A DNA stretch of 64,000 bases from Octopus vulgaris (lineage: Eukaryota). The stretch spans positions 23,560,001 to 23,624,000 of the forward strand of contig OX597821.1 in assembly GCA_951406725.2 (NCBI GenBank), given 5' to 3'. This document shows, piece by piece, positions 1 through 13,150 of the stretch; the first letter of the stretch is position 1; each line of letters begins with the position of its first letter. The notes beneath the pieces are model-generated. The model was not told the origin of the DNA. It saw nothing but the letters and a program-made list of their open reading frames with translations, and did no database searches. The translations under genes and the position numbers were made by a program.

Positions 1-135
1 CATGCATGCATGCATGTATGTATGTATGTATGTATGTATGTTTGTATGTATGTATGCATGTATGCATGTATGTATGTATGCATGCATGCATGCATGTATG
101 TATGTATGTATGTATGTATGTATGTATGTATGTAT
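1..135. repeat. (TATG)n/(CATG)n microsatellite
   Basis: Direct tetranucleotide tandem array. Confidence 0.95.
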
Positions 136-440
136 ACAGCGGATTCATGAAAAACGAACCGCCACTAACTGCTCAGCCCATTTATCTGTGCATACCTGTC
201 AATGCCGTGCGTGCCATAAGGTCTGCAAATCTAACGGACTCCTTAAAAGACATTTTAAGATCCACAAAAATCAGAACTTAACTGCAACTCTTGGTAGTCC
301 AAAGCAGATATGCAATTTAAGTGGGTGCCTTTTCAAAACATTGTCTGGTCTAAAAAGCCACATCAGAGGCCGTGTTGGATCTAAGGTGTCAGTACAAGAG
401 ATGAACAAACTCTGTTTAAGGAGTAGACAACCATTATTTA
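136..440 (+). mobile_element. 3' fragment of RTE-like LINE encoding C2H2 zinc fingers
   Basis: 203-265 translates CRACHKVCKSNGLLKRHFKIH and 311-372 gives a degenerate CNLSGCLFKTLSGLKSHIRG. These closely resemble the fingers (CHKTCKTISGLKRH, GLKSHLRAH) at the 3' end of the RTE LINE at 60146-60454. Confidence 0.65.
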
Positions 441-443
441 TGT

Positions 444-663
444 GGCGGCGAGCTGGCAGAAACGTTAGCACGCCGGGCGAAATGCGTAGCCGCATTTCGT
501 CTGCCGTTACGTTGTGAGTTCACATTCCGCCGAGGTTGACTTTGCTTTTCATCCTTTCGAGGTCGATAAATTAAGTACCAGTTACGCACTGGGGTCGATG
601 TAATTGACTTAATCCCTTTGTCTGTCCCCTCTTGTTTAGCCCCTTGTGGGCAATAAAGAAATA
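444..663 (+). mobile_element. tRNA-derived SINE, family A (Meta-domain-like core)
   Basis: Head ggcggcgagctggcagaa...gagttc; central gactttgc(c/t)tttcatcctttcg(a/g)ggtcgataaa-taagtaccag resembles the MetaSINE domain. Near-identical copies at 25582, 47333 (-) and 54621. Confidence 0.85.
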
Positions 664-749
664 TATTTATGTGTGTATGTATGTATGTATGTAAGTATGT
701 ATGTATTTAGGTATGTAGGTTGGTATGTCTGTCTGACTGTCAGACTATG

Positions 750-812
<63 letters not shown>

Positions 813-894
813 GTCTATCTATCTATCTGTCTATCTATCTGTCTATCTATCGCCCACCGCTGTTGCTGAAAAATATTCAACTGTATCAGGACGA

Positions 895-1348
895 AAGGGT
901 GGTTTTGTGGTAAGTAGCTTGCTTACCAACCACATAGTTCCGGGTTCAGCCCCACTGCGTGGCACTTTAGGCAAATATCTTCTACTATAGCCTCGGGCCG
1001 ACCAAAGCCTTGTAAGTGGATTTGGTAGACGGAAACTGAAAGAAGCCCGTCGTGTATATATAGAGATTTATGTATATATGTGTTTGTGTGAATATATATG
1101 TATGTATGTATGTATGTTTGTGTGTATCTATGTATATATTTGATTGTCTGTGTTTGTCCTCAAAGCATCGCTTGACAAGCGATGTTGGTGTGTTTACGTG
1201 CCCGTAACTTTGCGGTTCGGCAAAACAGACCGATTAAATAAGTACTAGGCTTACAAAGAATAAGTCCTGGGGTCGATTTGTTCGACTAAAGGCGGTGCTC
1301 CAGCGTGGCCGCAGTCAAATGACTGAAACAAATAAAAGAATAGAAGAA
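895..1348 (+). mobile_element. tRNA-derived SINE, family B (CORE-like, internal microsatellite)
   Basis: A/B-box-like head (gtggtaagtagc...ggttcagccc), CORE-like ctt(a/g)ggcaa(a/g)t, internal (TA)/(TG) tract and tail ...gactgaaacaa(g)taaaaga. Many copies in the window. Confidence 0.85.
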
Positions 1349-1595
1349 TATCTATAATCTGGTATGGCGGTGCAGAAACAAATGTTGTTATTTACTATTA
1401 AAACTGGATATCCTCCATCCTCGTGTTATACTATTCTTGTGTCAATCTTATGCCAAGAGCAGTTCCGCATATCTCTCCAGCTCTGGAATCTACCCTACAG
1501 TTGGATAGCATGTGGTAGCCAAATAATTACAAAATAGCTCTGAAATGCACTTTTACGAGGTTTTTAACCGAATTATACAATATATATATAAATAA

Positions 1596-1969
1596 GCACA
1601 GGCGTAGTTCTGTGGTAAGAAGCTTGCTTCCCGATCACATGGTTCAGGGTTCAGTTCCACTGCGTGGCATCTTCGAGAAGTGTCTTCTACTATACGCACT
1701 TGTCAACCAAAGCCTTGTGAGTGAATTTGGTAGACGGAAACTGAAAGAAGCCCCTGTATATGTGTGTGTCTGTTTGTCCCATCCATTATCGATTCACAAC
1801 CAATGCTGGTGTGTTTATGTTCCTGTAACTTAGCGGTTCGGCAAAAGAAACTGGTAGAATATGTACTAGGCTTACAAAGAACAAGTCCTGGGGTGTAGTT
1901 CTTCGACTAAAACCCTTTAAGGAGATGCTGCAGCATGGGCGCAGTTAAATGACTGAAACAAGTAAAAGA
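1596..1969 (+). mobile_element. SINE family B, diverged copy
   Basis: Collinear similarity to 21779-22197. Confidence 0.8.
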
Positions 1970-1986
1970 ATCTATCTATCTGTCTA

Positions 1987-2071
<85 letters not shown>

Positions 2072-2089
2072 CATACATACATACATACA

Positions 2090-2928
2090 TACGTGGTCCT
2101 GATCAATAAGTATCCGGACTGTTGCCATAGTAAGTACGCTGAGTGAAGCCGCTTGGCACAAATTGACCTTAAACTTTGCTGTTCTAGCTCACTTTCATCG
2201 TTCTAGCTCACTTTCGCTGTTTACAGTAATGCTTGGAAGGAACATGTGTAGCGTGTGATCATCACATTGACCATGACAGAGAAAGTTGAGGTGAGAATCT
2301 GCAGCAAATTTTGCCAAAAGCTTGGCGCTACCTGCTCAGAGGCTTACGCAAAGTTTTCGAAAAGTTTTCATCAAGGAGATCTTGTGCAACTGAAACCCCG
2401 AGTGTCATTTTGGTCAGCTGAAAGCAGTTTTGGCACAAACTTGGCAGACACACGTCTCATACCCAAATCTTCAGTGATAATGGACTGAACTGAATCGTAA
2501 CTAATCTGTACATCCTCTGATAAGTCACGGATGGTGATTCGACGATTCCCCTGACAGCTGCACGCACATTTGCGATGTATTTTCTGTTTTACTGTTTGCG
2601 TGTCTGCCAGAACGTTCGTCAATATCGACATTATTTTGGCCATCTTTGAAACGTCTGAACCACTCGTAAACTTGTGTGCGGCTCATACCCTCCTCTCCAT
2701 ACACTTTCTGCAACTTTGCGCAGGCCTCTGAGCAGGTATCGCCATGGCAACTTTTTTTCTTGTTATCAATGCGACGATCACACGCTACACGCCTTCCTTC
2801 CAAACACTGCTGTAAATAGTGAGCTAGAACGTTGAAACTTAGTGCGCCTGCACAGCAGTGCTGAAGGTCAATGTGTGCCAAGCGGCTTTAGCTTCGTTAC
2901 TACAGACCGGATACTTATTGATCAGACA
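2090..2928. mobile_element. Mariner-derived fold-back element (two 5' ends head-to-head)
   Basis: Terminal inverted repeats ctgatcaataagtatccgg at both ends. Minus arm encodes mariner N-terminal HTH residues (CSEACAKLQKVYGEEGMSRTQVYEWFRRFKDG..RSGR; RRITIRDLSEDVQISYDSVQSIITEDLGMRRVSAKFVPKLL). Plus arm encodes MTEKVEVRICSKFCQKLGATCSEAYAK. Confidence 0.8.
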
Positions 2929-2945
2929 TTATATATATATATATA

Positions 2946-3317
2946 TCTCCATATATATAAACGGCAAAATGTCTGTGTGTGTGTGTGTGTCCTTTATACA
3001 AATCCACAATCTTTCAGTTAGAGAGCTCGCACTTTCTATGGTCATTCAAAACCATCCAAGGGTGGTCGTGCACATCTTTACATTTTCCCAGTCGTCACCC
3101 CGCAAAGTCATTAAAAAATCAATAGAAGTAACTTTTTTTTATCCAAGACCCAATCAAAATGCCCGAAACTTGATGCGCCAATTAAATGGCAGCTAGCTGT
3201 ATGTGATTGGTCGGAGATTTGGACAATACTCGCGTGTATGTGCGCACGCACGCACGCACGCAGCTGTATATGCATGCACTAGCACTATGACCCGGCGTTG
3301 CCAGGACATAGTGCTAG
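2946..3317 (+). mobile_element. Non-autonomous Helitron
   Basis: 5' TC after an A, subterminal hairpin cccggc-gtt-gccagg (3291-3305), 3' CTAG followed by T. No TSD; internal (TG)n. Confidence 0.7.
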
Positions 3318-3331
3318 TATATACATACTAC

Positions 3332-3379
<48 letters not shown>

Positions 3380-3380
3380 T

Positions 3381-3545
3381 CTTCTACTTCTTTCAGCCAT
3401 GTGACTGTGGCCATGCTGGAGCACCGCCTTTAGTCGAGCAAATCGATTCCAGGACTTATTCTTTTTAGCCGAGCCGCCAACACACCAGCATCCTCGTTCC
3501 AGCAATGTTGGGGGAACAAACACACACACACACAGACAGACACAC

Positions 3546-3642
<97 letters not shown>

Positions 3643-3812
3643 CATACATATATACGACGGACTTATTTCAGTTTCCGTCTACCAAATCCCCTCACAAGGC
3701 TTCTGGTCGGCCCGAGGCTATAGTAGAAGACACTTGCCCAAGGTGCCATGCAGTGGGACTGAACCCGGACCATGTCGTTCGTAAACAAGCTACTTACCAC
3801 ACAACCACTCCT
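3381..3812 (-). mobile_element. SINE family B
   Basis: Reverse complement of the family B consensus with an internal deletion and (CA)n(TA)n tract. Confidence 0.8.
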
Positions 3813-3936
3813 ACGTCTACATATATATATTTATATATATATATCTCTTCTTTCTTTTTTTTTTTACTTGTTTCAGTCATTTTGACTGCGGCCATCCTGG
3901 AGCACCACTTATATATATATATATATATATTCTTTT

Positions 3937-3999
<63 letters not shown>

Positions 4000-4358
4000 T
4001 AAAACACGCACTGGCATACAAACTTCGACAATCAAATTTACCTTGTAATGTAACAGTTTACTGTTTTGCTAAGATGAGAAATAACCTTATATTTAGGTCG
4101 GCGTGTGGTGACAACACCACCACTCTCGCCATCACCGCCACCACCACCACCACCACTGTCACGAAGAACAACAAGAACAATAATTAGCATCATCGTCCTC
4201 CTCCTCCTCATCATCATCATCAGCAGCAGCAGCAGCATTTGCTACTGTAGGGAGCGTGTGTTTCAAGCTTAGTCAACTTTTTTTTCAACTAGGTCGCATG
4301 TGACATATCGCATTATCAAGCGGGTCGCACTACACGAACGAAAAGCTTAAAGGTAATT

Positions 4359-4508
4359 TGGCTGTGTCACAAGAAGCTTGCTTTCCAACCACATGGTTTC
4401 TAAGTTCAGTCCCACTGCGTGGTACCTAAGGCAAATGTCTTCTTAGGCCGACCAAAGCCTTGTGAGTGGATTTGGTAGACGGAAACTGAAAGAAGCCCAT
4501 CATATATG

Positions 4509-4554
<46 letters not shown>

Positions 4555-4735
4555 TGTATTTATCCCCTCGTTCCCCATTACCGCTTGACGTCCCCGTAAC
4601 TTTGCGGTTCGGCAAAAGTTACTGATACAATAAGTACTAGAGGTAAAAAAATTTTTTGACTAAAATCCTTCAAGGGGATGCTCCAGCATGGCCGCAGTCA
4701 AATGACTCAAACAAGTGAAAGATAAAAGACAAAAG
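4359..4735 (+). mobile_element. SINE family B, diverged
   Basis: Head ggctgtgt...aagttcagtcccactgcgtgg, body and tail collinear with other copies. Confidence 0.75.
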
Positions 4736-4917
4736 GTACACTAATTTGGTAAAGCAGTGCGAGTGCACTATAGTTTGTTAAGAGAGGGAGAGGTGGTCAA
4801 GGTTGGAATATCTTTGATTATAGCATTGTACGATCAACGCATACCTGGAGCTGGCAAAACAGTAACAGCAACGGTAACAGCAGCAACAACATTTGCAGCA
4901 GCCAAGCAATGCTGCTG

Positions 4918-4950
<33 letters not shown>

Positions 4951-5329
4951 ACCACTCCACTGTTAACCTCCACACCATCACCACCGCCGCAACGACACCA
5001 CCACCATCACCACCAGCGCCACACTATAACTACCACCGTCGCAACGACACCATCACCATCACCATCACTACCGCTATTACTACCACGAGCAGCAACAGCA
5101 TTACCGCTACAAATAACGTCACTACGTTCTAAACACGCCTCTCCTCAACAGCAACAACAACAACAACAACAGTCAGTGTATTTAGAACCTGTGATAACTT
5201 GTGTCAGAGATAACAGTTATGACATGAATAAACAACACAGACAAATCTGACATTTCTCTGTTCCACCACATTTCACCGTTACACATTTAAAAAAAAATTA
5301 GTTATTTCATTACGCTGAGCTAACATACA

Positions 5330-5940
5330 TAATTAGACAAACCTAACATAAAACAGAGTGAGCCAACACATAATTAGAGCTAATATTTAGCATTAGACCT
5401 AACTTACATTCGACATTAGACCTAATAAGTCATTAGGCCTAGCTAACATATAACCTTATGTCCTAGCTAACACAGGATATTAGACCAAACAAACATACGA
5501 CATTACAGCTAGCTAATGTATGACGTTAGCCCTAGCTGATATACATAATTAAATCAAGCTAACATGTCATATTAGATCCAGCTAATACAGCGTTAGACCG
5601 AGCTAACATATTTCGTTGGACCTAGCTGATAAATAGATCTAGCTAAAGAAATGTCATTAGATCCAGCTAGCATTTAACATTAGTTCTAGCTAAGAGATAG
5701 CAAAAGACCTAGCTAACATACAGCATTAGACCTAGCTAACATATGTCATAAGATATAACTGACATCTAGATCTAGCTAACAAACAATATTGAACCTAATT
5801 AACATACACCATTAGACCAAACTAGCATATGACATTAGACCAAACTAATATACAATAGACGTTACTAGCATATGTCAATACACCTAACTTAGATTAGACC
5901 AAGCTAGCATACAATATGAGACCTAGCTGACATACATTAC
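5330..5940. repeat. Degenerate ~23-25 bp minisatellite (cattagacctagctaacatatga-like)
   Basis: Recurrent ttagacc(t/a)agctaacata motif, roughly two dozen diverged copies. Confidence 0.8.
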
Positions 5941-6355
5941 ACTTTGTCACATGATTTTTGTCCTTTGGCAGCAACTGTTATTTCCTATTTGCTTACCCCC
6001 AGAAAATATGCAGAACAGCTAATTCTCCCTTCAAACTATGCTTTTGTCGTATTTATTCAGACCCCAAAGAATCCTTCTCAACACATGGCTATTACTCCTG
6101 CTCATGATCAGAGATGCACATATTGTCAGTCACTAAGAGATAAGCAAATCTGTGGTATTGAGCAGAATATTTGCTACAACGATATTTCTGCTGCAGCAGT
6201 TCAGCGCTGAATCTGTCTGAAATGTAATGGAAAATAGGTCAGTTTCAAGACATTGATGTCGAAATCACAAAAGCAAAGTCTGAAGAGAATATTAGTCATT
6301 TCCTTTGATTTCTAGATAGAAGTAAGTAGGGAATAACATTTACTGACAAAAGGCA

Positions 6356-6391
<36 letters not shown>

Positions 6392-7248
6392 GTTGTTACC
6401 CAGTGTTATTTAATCTAATGACGATATCAGTTCTAACTTACTATACGTATTATTGTTAGCGAATAGATCCTATTGGCCGTAATTAATAAAATGTCAGTCT
6501 GTAAAACGGATTGTAATCCAAGTACCGGTTCATATGATACATATGCATCAAGAAATGTTTAACTTCACACTTAATGTTGGCAAAAAAATCATTATTATCT
6601 AAATGTGTAATTGTGGTTTTAAAAAAATGCAGGGGAGATAACTCCAAAATTATAATTAATTAAAATTAATCAAATATGGAAAGTAGTGAGATATTAAACC
6701 GTATTGTGAAATAACTCTGGACATGTTTTGGTCTCATTAGACCTCATCAGTGAATTATAGTTTATTCGCGGGTGAAAGATCTTAGAATGACAAGAATTTT
6801 TTTTTCGGAAATGAACAGAGCAGATGACATAATAGATTAAATGAACGACTCGGAAGAATTCCTGGGGACCAATGCTGCATGAAATCTTAACAGCAAAGTG
6901 AGTGTTAGTATACTTGATGTAGCTGGACAATAAACTCGAATTAACTAAAACAGCACCCTTAACACTAAGAAAAATTATAGTCTAAATCAGGGCACGGCAA
7001 GTTACAGCCAGTGGCTTCACTTCGATCAGCTTGCTAATTTTGAATATGTGACGGTGCATACAAAACGTTTTTGTTACCCATTGTTATCTTTAGACAATGA
7101 AGAACAGCATTTTAACATTGAAGAAAACAAAAAGAGCAAAGCGTATTTTTCACCTGTCATTTATCGCTATGGTAAGCGCTAACAATGAAATTCTAATTGT
7201 ACAATACAAGCAGCTTTGCATCAAAATCGCTACCTACATGACACACTA

Positions 7249-7465
7249 AGGCAGCGACCTGGTAAGATCGTTACCGCGCCAGACAAAATGCTTAGTGGCG
7301 TTTGTTCTGACTTTACGTTCTAAGTTCAAATGCTTCTCGAGTCGACATAACCTTTCAAACTTTCGGGGTCGGTGAAATAACTACCAGTTGAGCAATAAGG
7401 TCGACTAATCAACTTGTTCCCCACTTCAGCCACGAAATTGCTAGCTTCGCGCCAAAATTTGAAAC
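7249..7465 (+). mobile_element. SINE family A, old diverged copy
   Basis: ggcagcgacctggtaagatcgtta...ctttcggggtcggtgaaataactaccag. Confidence 0.65.
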
Positions 7466-7824
7466 CGTTTTCTGTACGACATACTTAACGTGTGTATATC
7501 GTTGAAAATTTGGCAGCTGCAGTGGTGGTCTCGGGAAAGATCCCTTCATAGACGTAGGACATAGACACAATATACTTCAGGGCTAAACGGTTTCTGTTTC
7601 ATCATTCGAAGTTTATTCAGTGGACTCTTTGCAATACCACCTTATTGTTTATCCATTGATTCAATATATTTCGGACTGGTCGATGCAATTTCGTGTCGGA
7701 AGTGATGAGATTGCGTGGCACTGATAAGCAGCAAAATCGGTGATAGGCGCATCCGTCTTGTTCGCAGTCGCTTACGGGAGGATTTCGTTTCGTTTCGAGC
7801 TCTGAAGCATATTGTGTGTGTGTA

Positions 7825-7870
<46 letters not shown>

Positions 7871-7882
7871 TGTGTGTGTGTT

Positions 7883-7927
<45 letters not shown>

Positions 7928-7952
7928 CGTGAGAGAGAAAGACAGACAGATT

Positions 7953-8031
<79 letters not shown>

Positions 8032-8049
8032 GTTATATAGATGATATAG

Positions 8050-8720
8050 TAACCTGAGATTGTTTGTTAGCAAAGAAGGTAGAACCATTTAATGATGGGA
8101 AATTAATCAAATTATGTTTAATAGCAACAACTGAAGAATTATATCCAGAAAGAAAAGTATTTATTCAAGAATATAATTTCTTTTTCTGGCAAAAACAACT
8201 ATAAAGAAAGTCGAAGACAAGAAGAAGCCTGTACCAATTAAAGAATCAAGTACAAGATTTCATTGGTTGTCTATGATTCTTGATGAATTAACGGTTATGT
8301 CTGACATTTCGGTTCTGCCATTGTTTCCAGTAAAATTAGATTTATTCAGAGATATTAGTTTTTCTGTAGAAACAGGAACTAGAGGAGTCGAAGGCCGGAG
8401 ACTACATCCTACGTGTATTAAGCGATAAAGGAGATATCCAGTGGTTTTCTTTGGCTCTTGATGGATCTACAAACCTGTCTGACATTTTGGTGCTCATTTG
8501 AGGTATTGAAGCTAAATTTGCAGTAACGGAAGAACTAGCTTTAGCGAGCTGCATACATTAAAGAACTGCTGGCGAAGACATATGCAAAGACGAGGAAAAA
8601 AACAATATTGATGAAGTACAATGTGGTTTGGAAACATCAATAGAGCGTTACAATTCATGGTAGCAAAAATATATGCGGTGCAGGAAAAAGTTTTCGTTGG
8701 ATAAATCTACCAAGTTTGTG
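8050..8720 (+). pseudogene. Decayed hAT (SPIN/Charlie, GTF2IRD2-like) transposase fragments
   Basis: Fragments translate [24 protein letters not shown] (cf. KPFTDGEFIKECL) and FFLALDGSTNLSDILVLI*GIEAKFAVTEELAL..TAGEDI (cf. FSLALDESTD..TEEL..TTGEDIF). Stops and frameshifts present. Confidence 0.65.
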
Positions 8721-9333
8721 ACAGGTTGGGATCTATCATTCAGTTTTAAATCTCTGAGAGCGAGATGTTGGCAATAAACTTTAATTTAAAAGATTTATCC
8801 AAAAAATCTTATTTAGCTGTTATTTTAGCAGACCAGAACAAACAATAAAAATATATTTAATTACTATTTAAATGTACTTGAAAAACAAACATTCAACTTT
8901 CGGTTTTAATTTTTAAAATATCCTCCTCTGTTTGCAATGCTTCCATAACAGAAGCGAAGTCACTCGGACTTACTGCCATAATCACACAGAATACAGCGTC
9001 AAATTTGTCAACATATGCTTCCTCGCAGATAAAAGACTTTTCAAAGACTGCTCAGATTAGCTTGTTACTACGGTAACAAGCACGTTGAGAGACAAAGGGG
9101 TTCTCATGTTCCGCTTCTTACTATTGAAACAGCCATGAATGTGTCTGTGGCTTACGTTTGGCTAAAATTACCAAAATTTTCAAACTTTAATTACCAATAA
9201 CTCTTTATTTATTGATTTCTAGCGAAAATTACTTTCACGTAATTTATTTGCCTATAAAAGTGTATCATTACACTGAATATGAAATCAATTCGAACAGAAA
9301 ATTGACGCTGGTAACCAAACAGAAAAGATTCTG

Positions 9334-9465
<132 letters not shown>

Positions 9466-9471
9466 CATACA

Positions 9472-9851
9472 GGCGCAGGTGTGGCTGTGTGGTAAGTAGC
9501 TTGTTTACTAACCACATAGTTCCGGGTTCAGTCCCACTATGTGGCACCTTGGGCAAGTGTCTTCTACTATAGCCTCGGGCTGACCAAAGCCTTGTGAATG
9601 GATTTGGTAGACGGAAACTGAAAGAAGCCCGTCGTATATATGTATATATATATATATGCGTGTGTGTGTTTGTGTGTCTGTGTTTGTCCCCCTAGCATTG
9701 TCCCCGTTACTTAGCGGTTCGGCAAAAAGAGACCGATAGAATAAGTACTGGGCTTACAAAAGAATAAGTCCCGGGGTCGAGTTGCTCGATTAAAGGCGGT
9801 GCTCCAGCATGGCCGCAGTCAAATGACTGAAACAAGTAAAAGAGTAAAGAG
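9472..9851 (+). mobile_element. SINE family B, young copy
   Basis: ggcgcaggtgtggctgtgtggtaag...aagtaaaagagtaaagag. Confidence 0.9.
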
Positions 9852-10144
9852 TATACACACACACACACACACATATATATATTATAATGGATAGGCCGGT
9901 TTATGGGGTCACCCTAACATTGTTTTAACACATGCGTATTCATACACACATGCGTATTCATACACACATGCGTATACATACACACGTCTTATAAATATGC
10001 GTGTGTATATCTATGCACGAATTGCAATCTCACTCACAAACGCTGTTTTCTGGTAACGTGTACACACAACATGCATGCACATGTCCTGGTAGCAGTGTTC
10101 CATATTATACAAGAAACAGTTGTTGTTGTTGTTCTTCTTCTGCT

Positions 10145-10269
10145 GATTATTATTGTTATTATTATTATTATTATTATAATTATTATTATTATCATTATTA
10201 TTATTATTTTTATCATTATTATTATTATCATTATTATCATTATTATTATTATCATCATTATTGTTATTA

Positions 10270-10351
<82 letters not shown>

Positions 10352-10394
10352 CATTATTATTATCATTATTATTATTATCATTATTATTATTATA

Positions 10395-10460
<66 letters not shown>

Positions 10461-10608
10461 GTTGTTGTTGTTATTATTTATTATCATCAAACATGATTCT
10501 ATCTCCTTCGTTGCACGTCTATTTTCTTCCCCTTTAGTTTCCTCCTCCTCCTTCTCTTTCTTCTTCTTCTTCTTCTTCTTCTTCTTCTTCTTCTTCTTCT
10601 TCTTCTTC

Positions 10609-10640
<32 letters not shown>

Positions 10641-10800
10641 CTTCTTCTTCTTCTTCTTCTTTTTCTTCTTCTTCTTCTTCTTCTACTTTTTCTTCTTCTT
10701 CTTCTACTTCTTCTCCTCCTCCTCCTCCTTCTTCTTCTACTCTTCCTCCCCCTTCTTCTTCTTCTTCTTCTTCTTCTTCTTCTTCTTCTTCTTCTTCTTC
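10145..10800. repeat. Compound (TTA)n and (TTC)n trinucleotide arrays
   Basis: Direct tandem arrays; the source of the poly-Y/I/N/F/E ORFs. Confidence 0.95.
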
Positions 10801-11169
10801 ATTAGGAGCCACGGAAAATAAACCTTAAACCACAATGAAAACAAACCTCTTACTCCAGTGTTGTTGTTGGTCCAGCGACATTCTTGCGTCTCCCCACTCC
10901 CGCTCCGCTCCGCGCCGCCGTCAACATCCATTCAACCAGTTTAACGACTGTCTTGAAGGAGAAGGAGGAGGAGGAGGAAGTAGAGGAGGCTGAGAAAGAG
11001 AAAAAAAGGGGAAGAGGAGGAGGCGAAAGATATATTGGTTAATGCAGTCATAAATATATTAATATGTCAGAAATAGAATACAGCAGAGTCCACGGCTCAC
11101 GGCCGGAGTAAATGGAGAGTGTGGCGGCGGCGGTGGCGACGGCGGTGGTGGTGGTGGAGGTGGGAGATC

Positions 11170-11237
11170 ATCATACAAACCACACGACGACAACAACAGC
11201 CACCACAATCATCATCAGCAACATTACCACCACCACC

Positions 11238-11293
<56 letters not shown>

Positions 11294-11870
11294 CGTCACC
11301 ACCATAATCATCATCATCATCATCATCACCAACACCAAAACCGCTACCATTGCCACCAGCATCACCACCACCTCACCATCACCACTTTACCATCACCACC
11401 ACAGCCACCATCATCATAAGAAACCTCCTCGATTTCTACACTACCACTAAAGCAACTGCTGCCAACGCCACCATGAACATCAGTACTAACAACACTGCCA
11501 CCACCACCACCACCACCTGTATGATAACCATCGATGTAACAGCCACCGACAGCAGCAGCAGCATCACCTCCATAACCAGCACCACCATCGCAACTACCAT
11601 TACTACCATCACCACCACTACCACCATGACTACCGCCACTTTCAATAATCTGCACTTTTTCCCCTCCCCCCGGTATCTCAATAACAATTGGATTGTCAGC
11701 CACCTGAAGATAACCAAAGAGTTGGTATGTCCGTTGGTGTGCATGTGTGTCTTAAAAGGAGAGAGAGAGAGATAAAAGAACTGGGTTGTGAGCTGGCGTA
11801 AGATTGGTCATAATCATACAATTACTGTTACTATTATCAGCACCACCACCACCACCATCATACTACAACA

Positions 11871-11960
<90 letters not shown>

Positions 11961-11980
11961 ACTGCTGCCACTACTGCTAA
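11170..11980. repeat. Low-complexity (ACC/ACT/ATC/GCT)n trinucleotide region
   Basis: Mixed triplet repeats. Confidence 0.85.
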
Positions 11981-12999
11981 TATAATAGACATACATGAGG
12001 CCACAGAAGATGGTGGGAAGTGTTTTAATTGGTTTGGTAGACTTCGACTTCATCATTTGACCGGTCTTTATTGTATTCAGCCCCCACAAAGGATGAAACG
12101 CAAAAGTAGAACTCTAACGAGATTTGAACTCAGAATGTACTGAGGCTTAACTTAATTTCATCCAAGTTACTTTCCTCGGCGCTCTACTAATGTAGATGTC
12201 TGATCGACCCCTGATCCTTGAGAACGTTTAACCGTTATTTTCTGTCCTTGCTTCATTTCGCTTTTATCGGGGATTCCTTGTGCTGGGGCTAAGTTTCAAG
12301 TCCACTAACAGTTTTTGGTTATTCATATCTAATTCCTATTAATCCTCCCTGGTTAATTCGCACTCACTTCATTTTCCTTCTGTTTGATGTGAATCGCAAC
12401 AATTTCTGATTCGCTGGTGATGCATTATGTATTTGCGGGCACAAATTCATTGTACCCTAGTTCTACTAAGTTACTCCTTAGTAAATCCAACTTTCGCAAT
12501 AAGGCCTCAGGATCCAACACTCACGTGATTAATGAGAGGAAACATCTCTGACGGACCAAGAACATGATGCACCAAACAGTTTCAATTGATGGTCAATAAC
12601 TTTTACTGCCAAGCAAATGCTGTTGTATAATAGAGTGACTCCGATAAAGTTAGAAAATCTCTAACGTATTGAGGCACATCGATGGCAAATGCAGATACAC
12701 CAAAACCGAATGCAGATACACCCAAGCTTCTGTAATGTTGGTTGAAGTAGAAATTATCTTGAAGGTCAAGTTTGTGCTGTCACGACAAAACCTTTATCAG
12801 CTAGTACCAAAACCAAAATTTTTACCTGTTCATGGCTCAAAAATTATCGACTAAGCCGATTTGTCATCCTACCTCAGCAGCATGACCACAACACAAATGA
12901 TAATGCTCTGATTTATTAACTATTGAAGTACAACCAAGACAATATCAGCACGTTTATTTATAATTCATAGTTGTATACCATCTGGTTTGCAGAATGTGG

Positions 13000-13150
13000 T
13001 CGGAACATGAAGAAAAATTGGAAGCTCGCTATGCAATGAAATTTTGTGTTACACTGAATAAAAATGTCACAAGAAACTTGTGAAATGCTTCAGCTTGCTT
13101 ATGGATTAACTTGTATGATCTGAGAATCTGTTTCTTCACTGGTACAAATG
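13000..13150 (+). pseudogene. Mariner transposase N-terminal remnant
   Basis: Translates EKLEARYAMKFCVTLNK / ETCEMLQLAYG, resembling mariner EQRxxIKFC..GK..TETxEMLxxAYG. Confidence 0.5.

Noticed and set aside
203-372. Host C2H2 zinc-finger gene exon
   Set aside because: Lacks TGEKP linkers and matches the LINE-terminal fingers at 60265-60454.
5330-5940. CRISPR-like repeat array
   Set aside because: Repeats are degenerate and contiguous with no unique spacers; eukaryotic context; no cas genes.
10001-11985. Poly-Y/N/I/E/T ORFs resembling mucins or acidic proteins
   Set aside because: Pure triplet repeats open in several frames; no splice or domain evidence.
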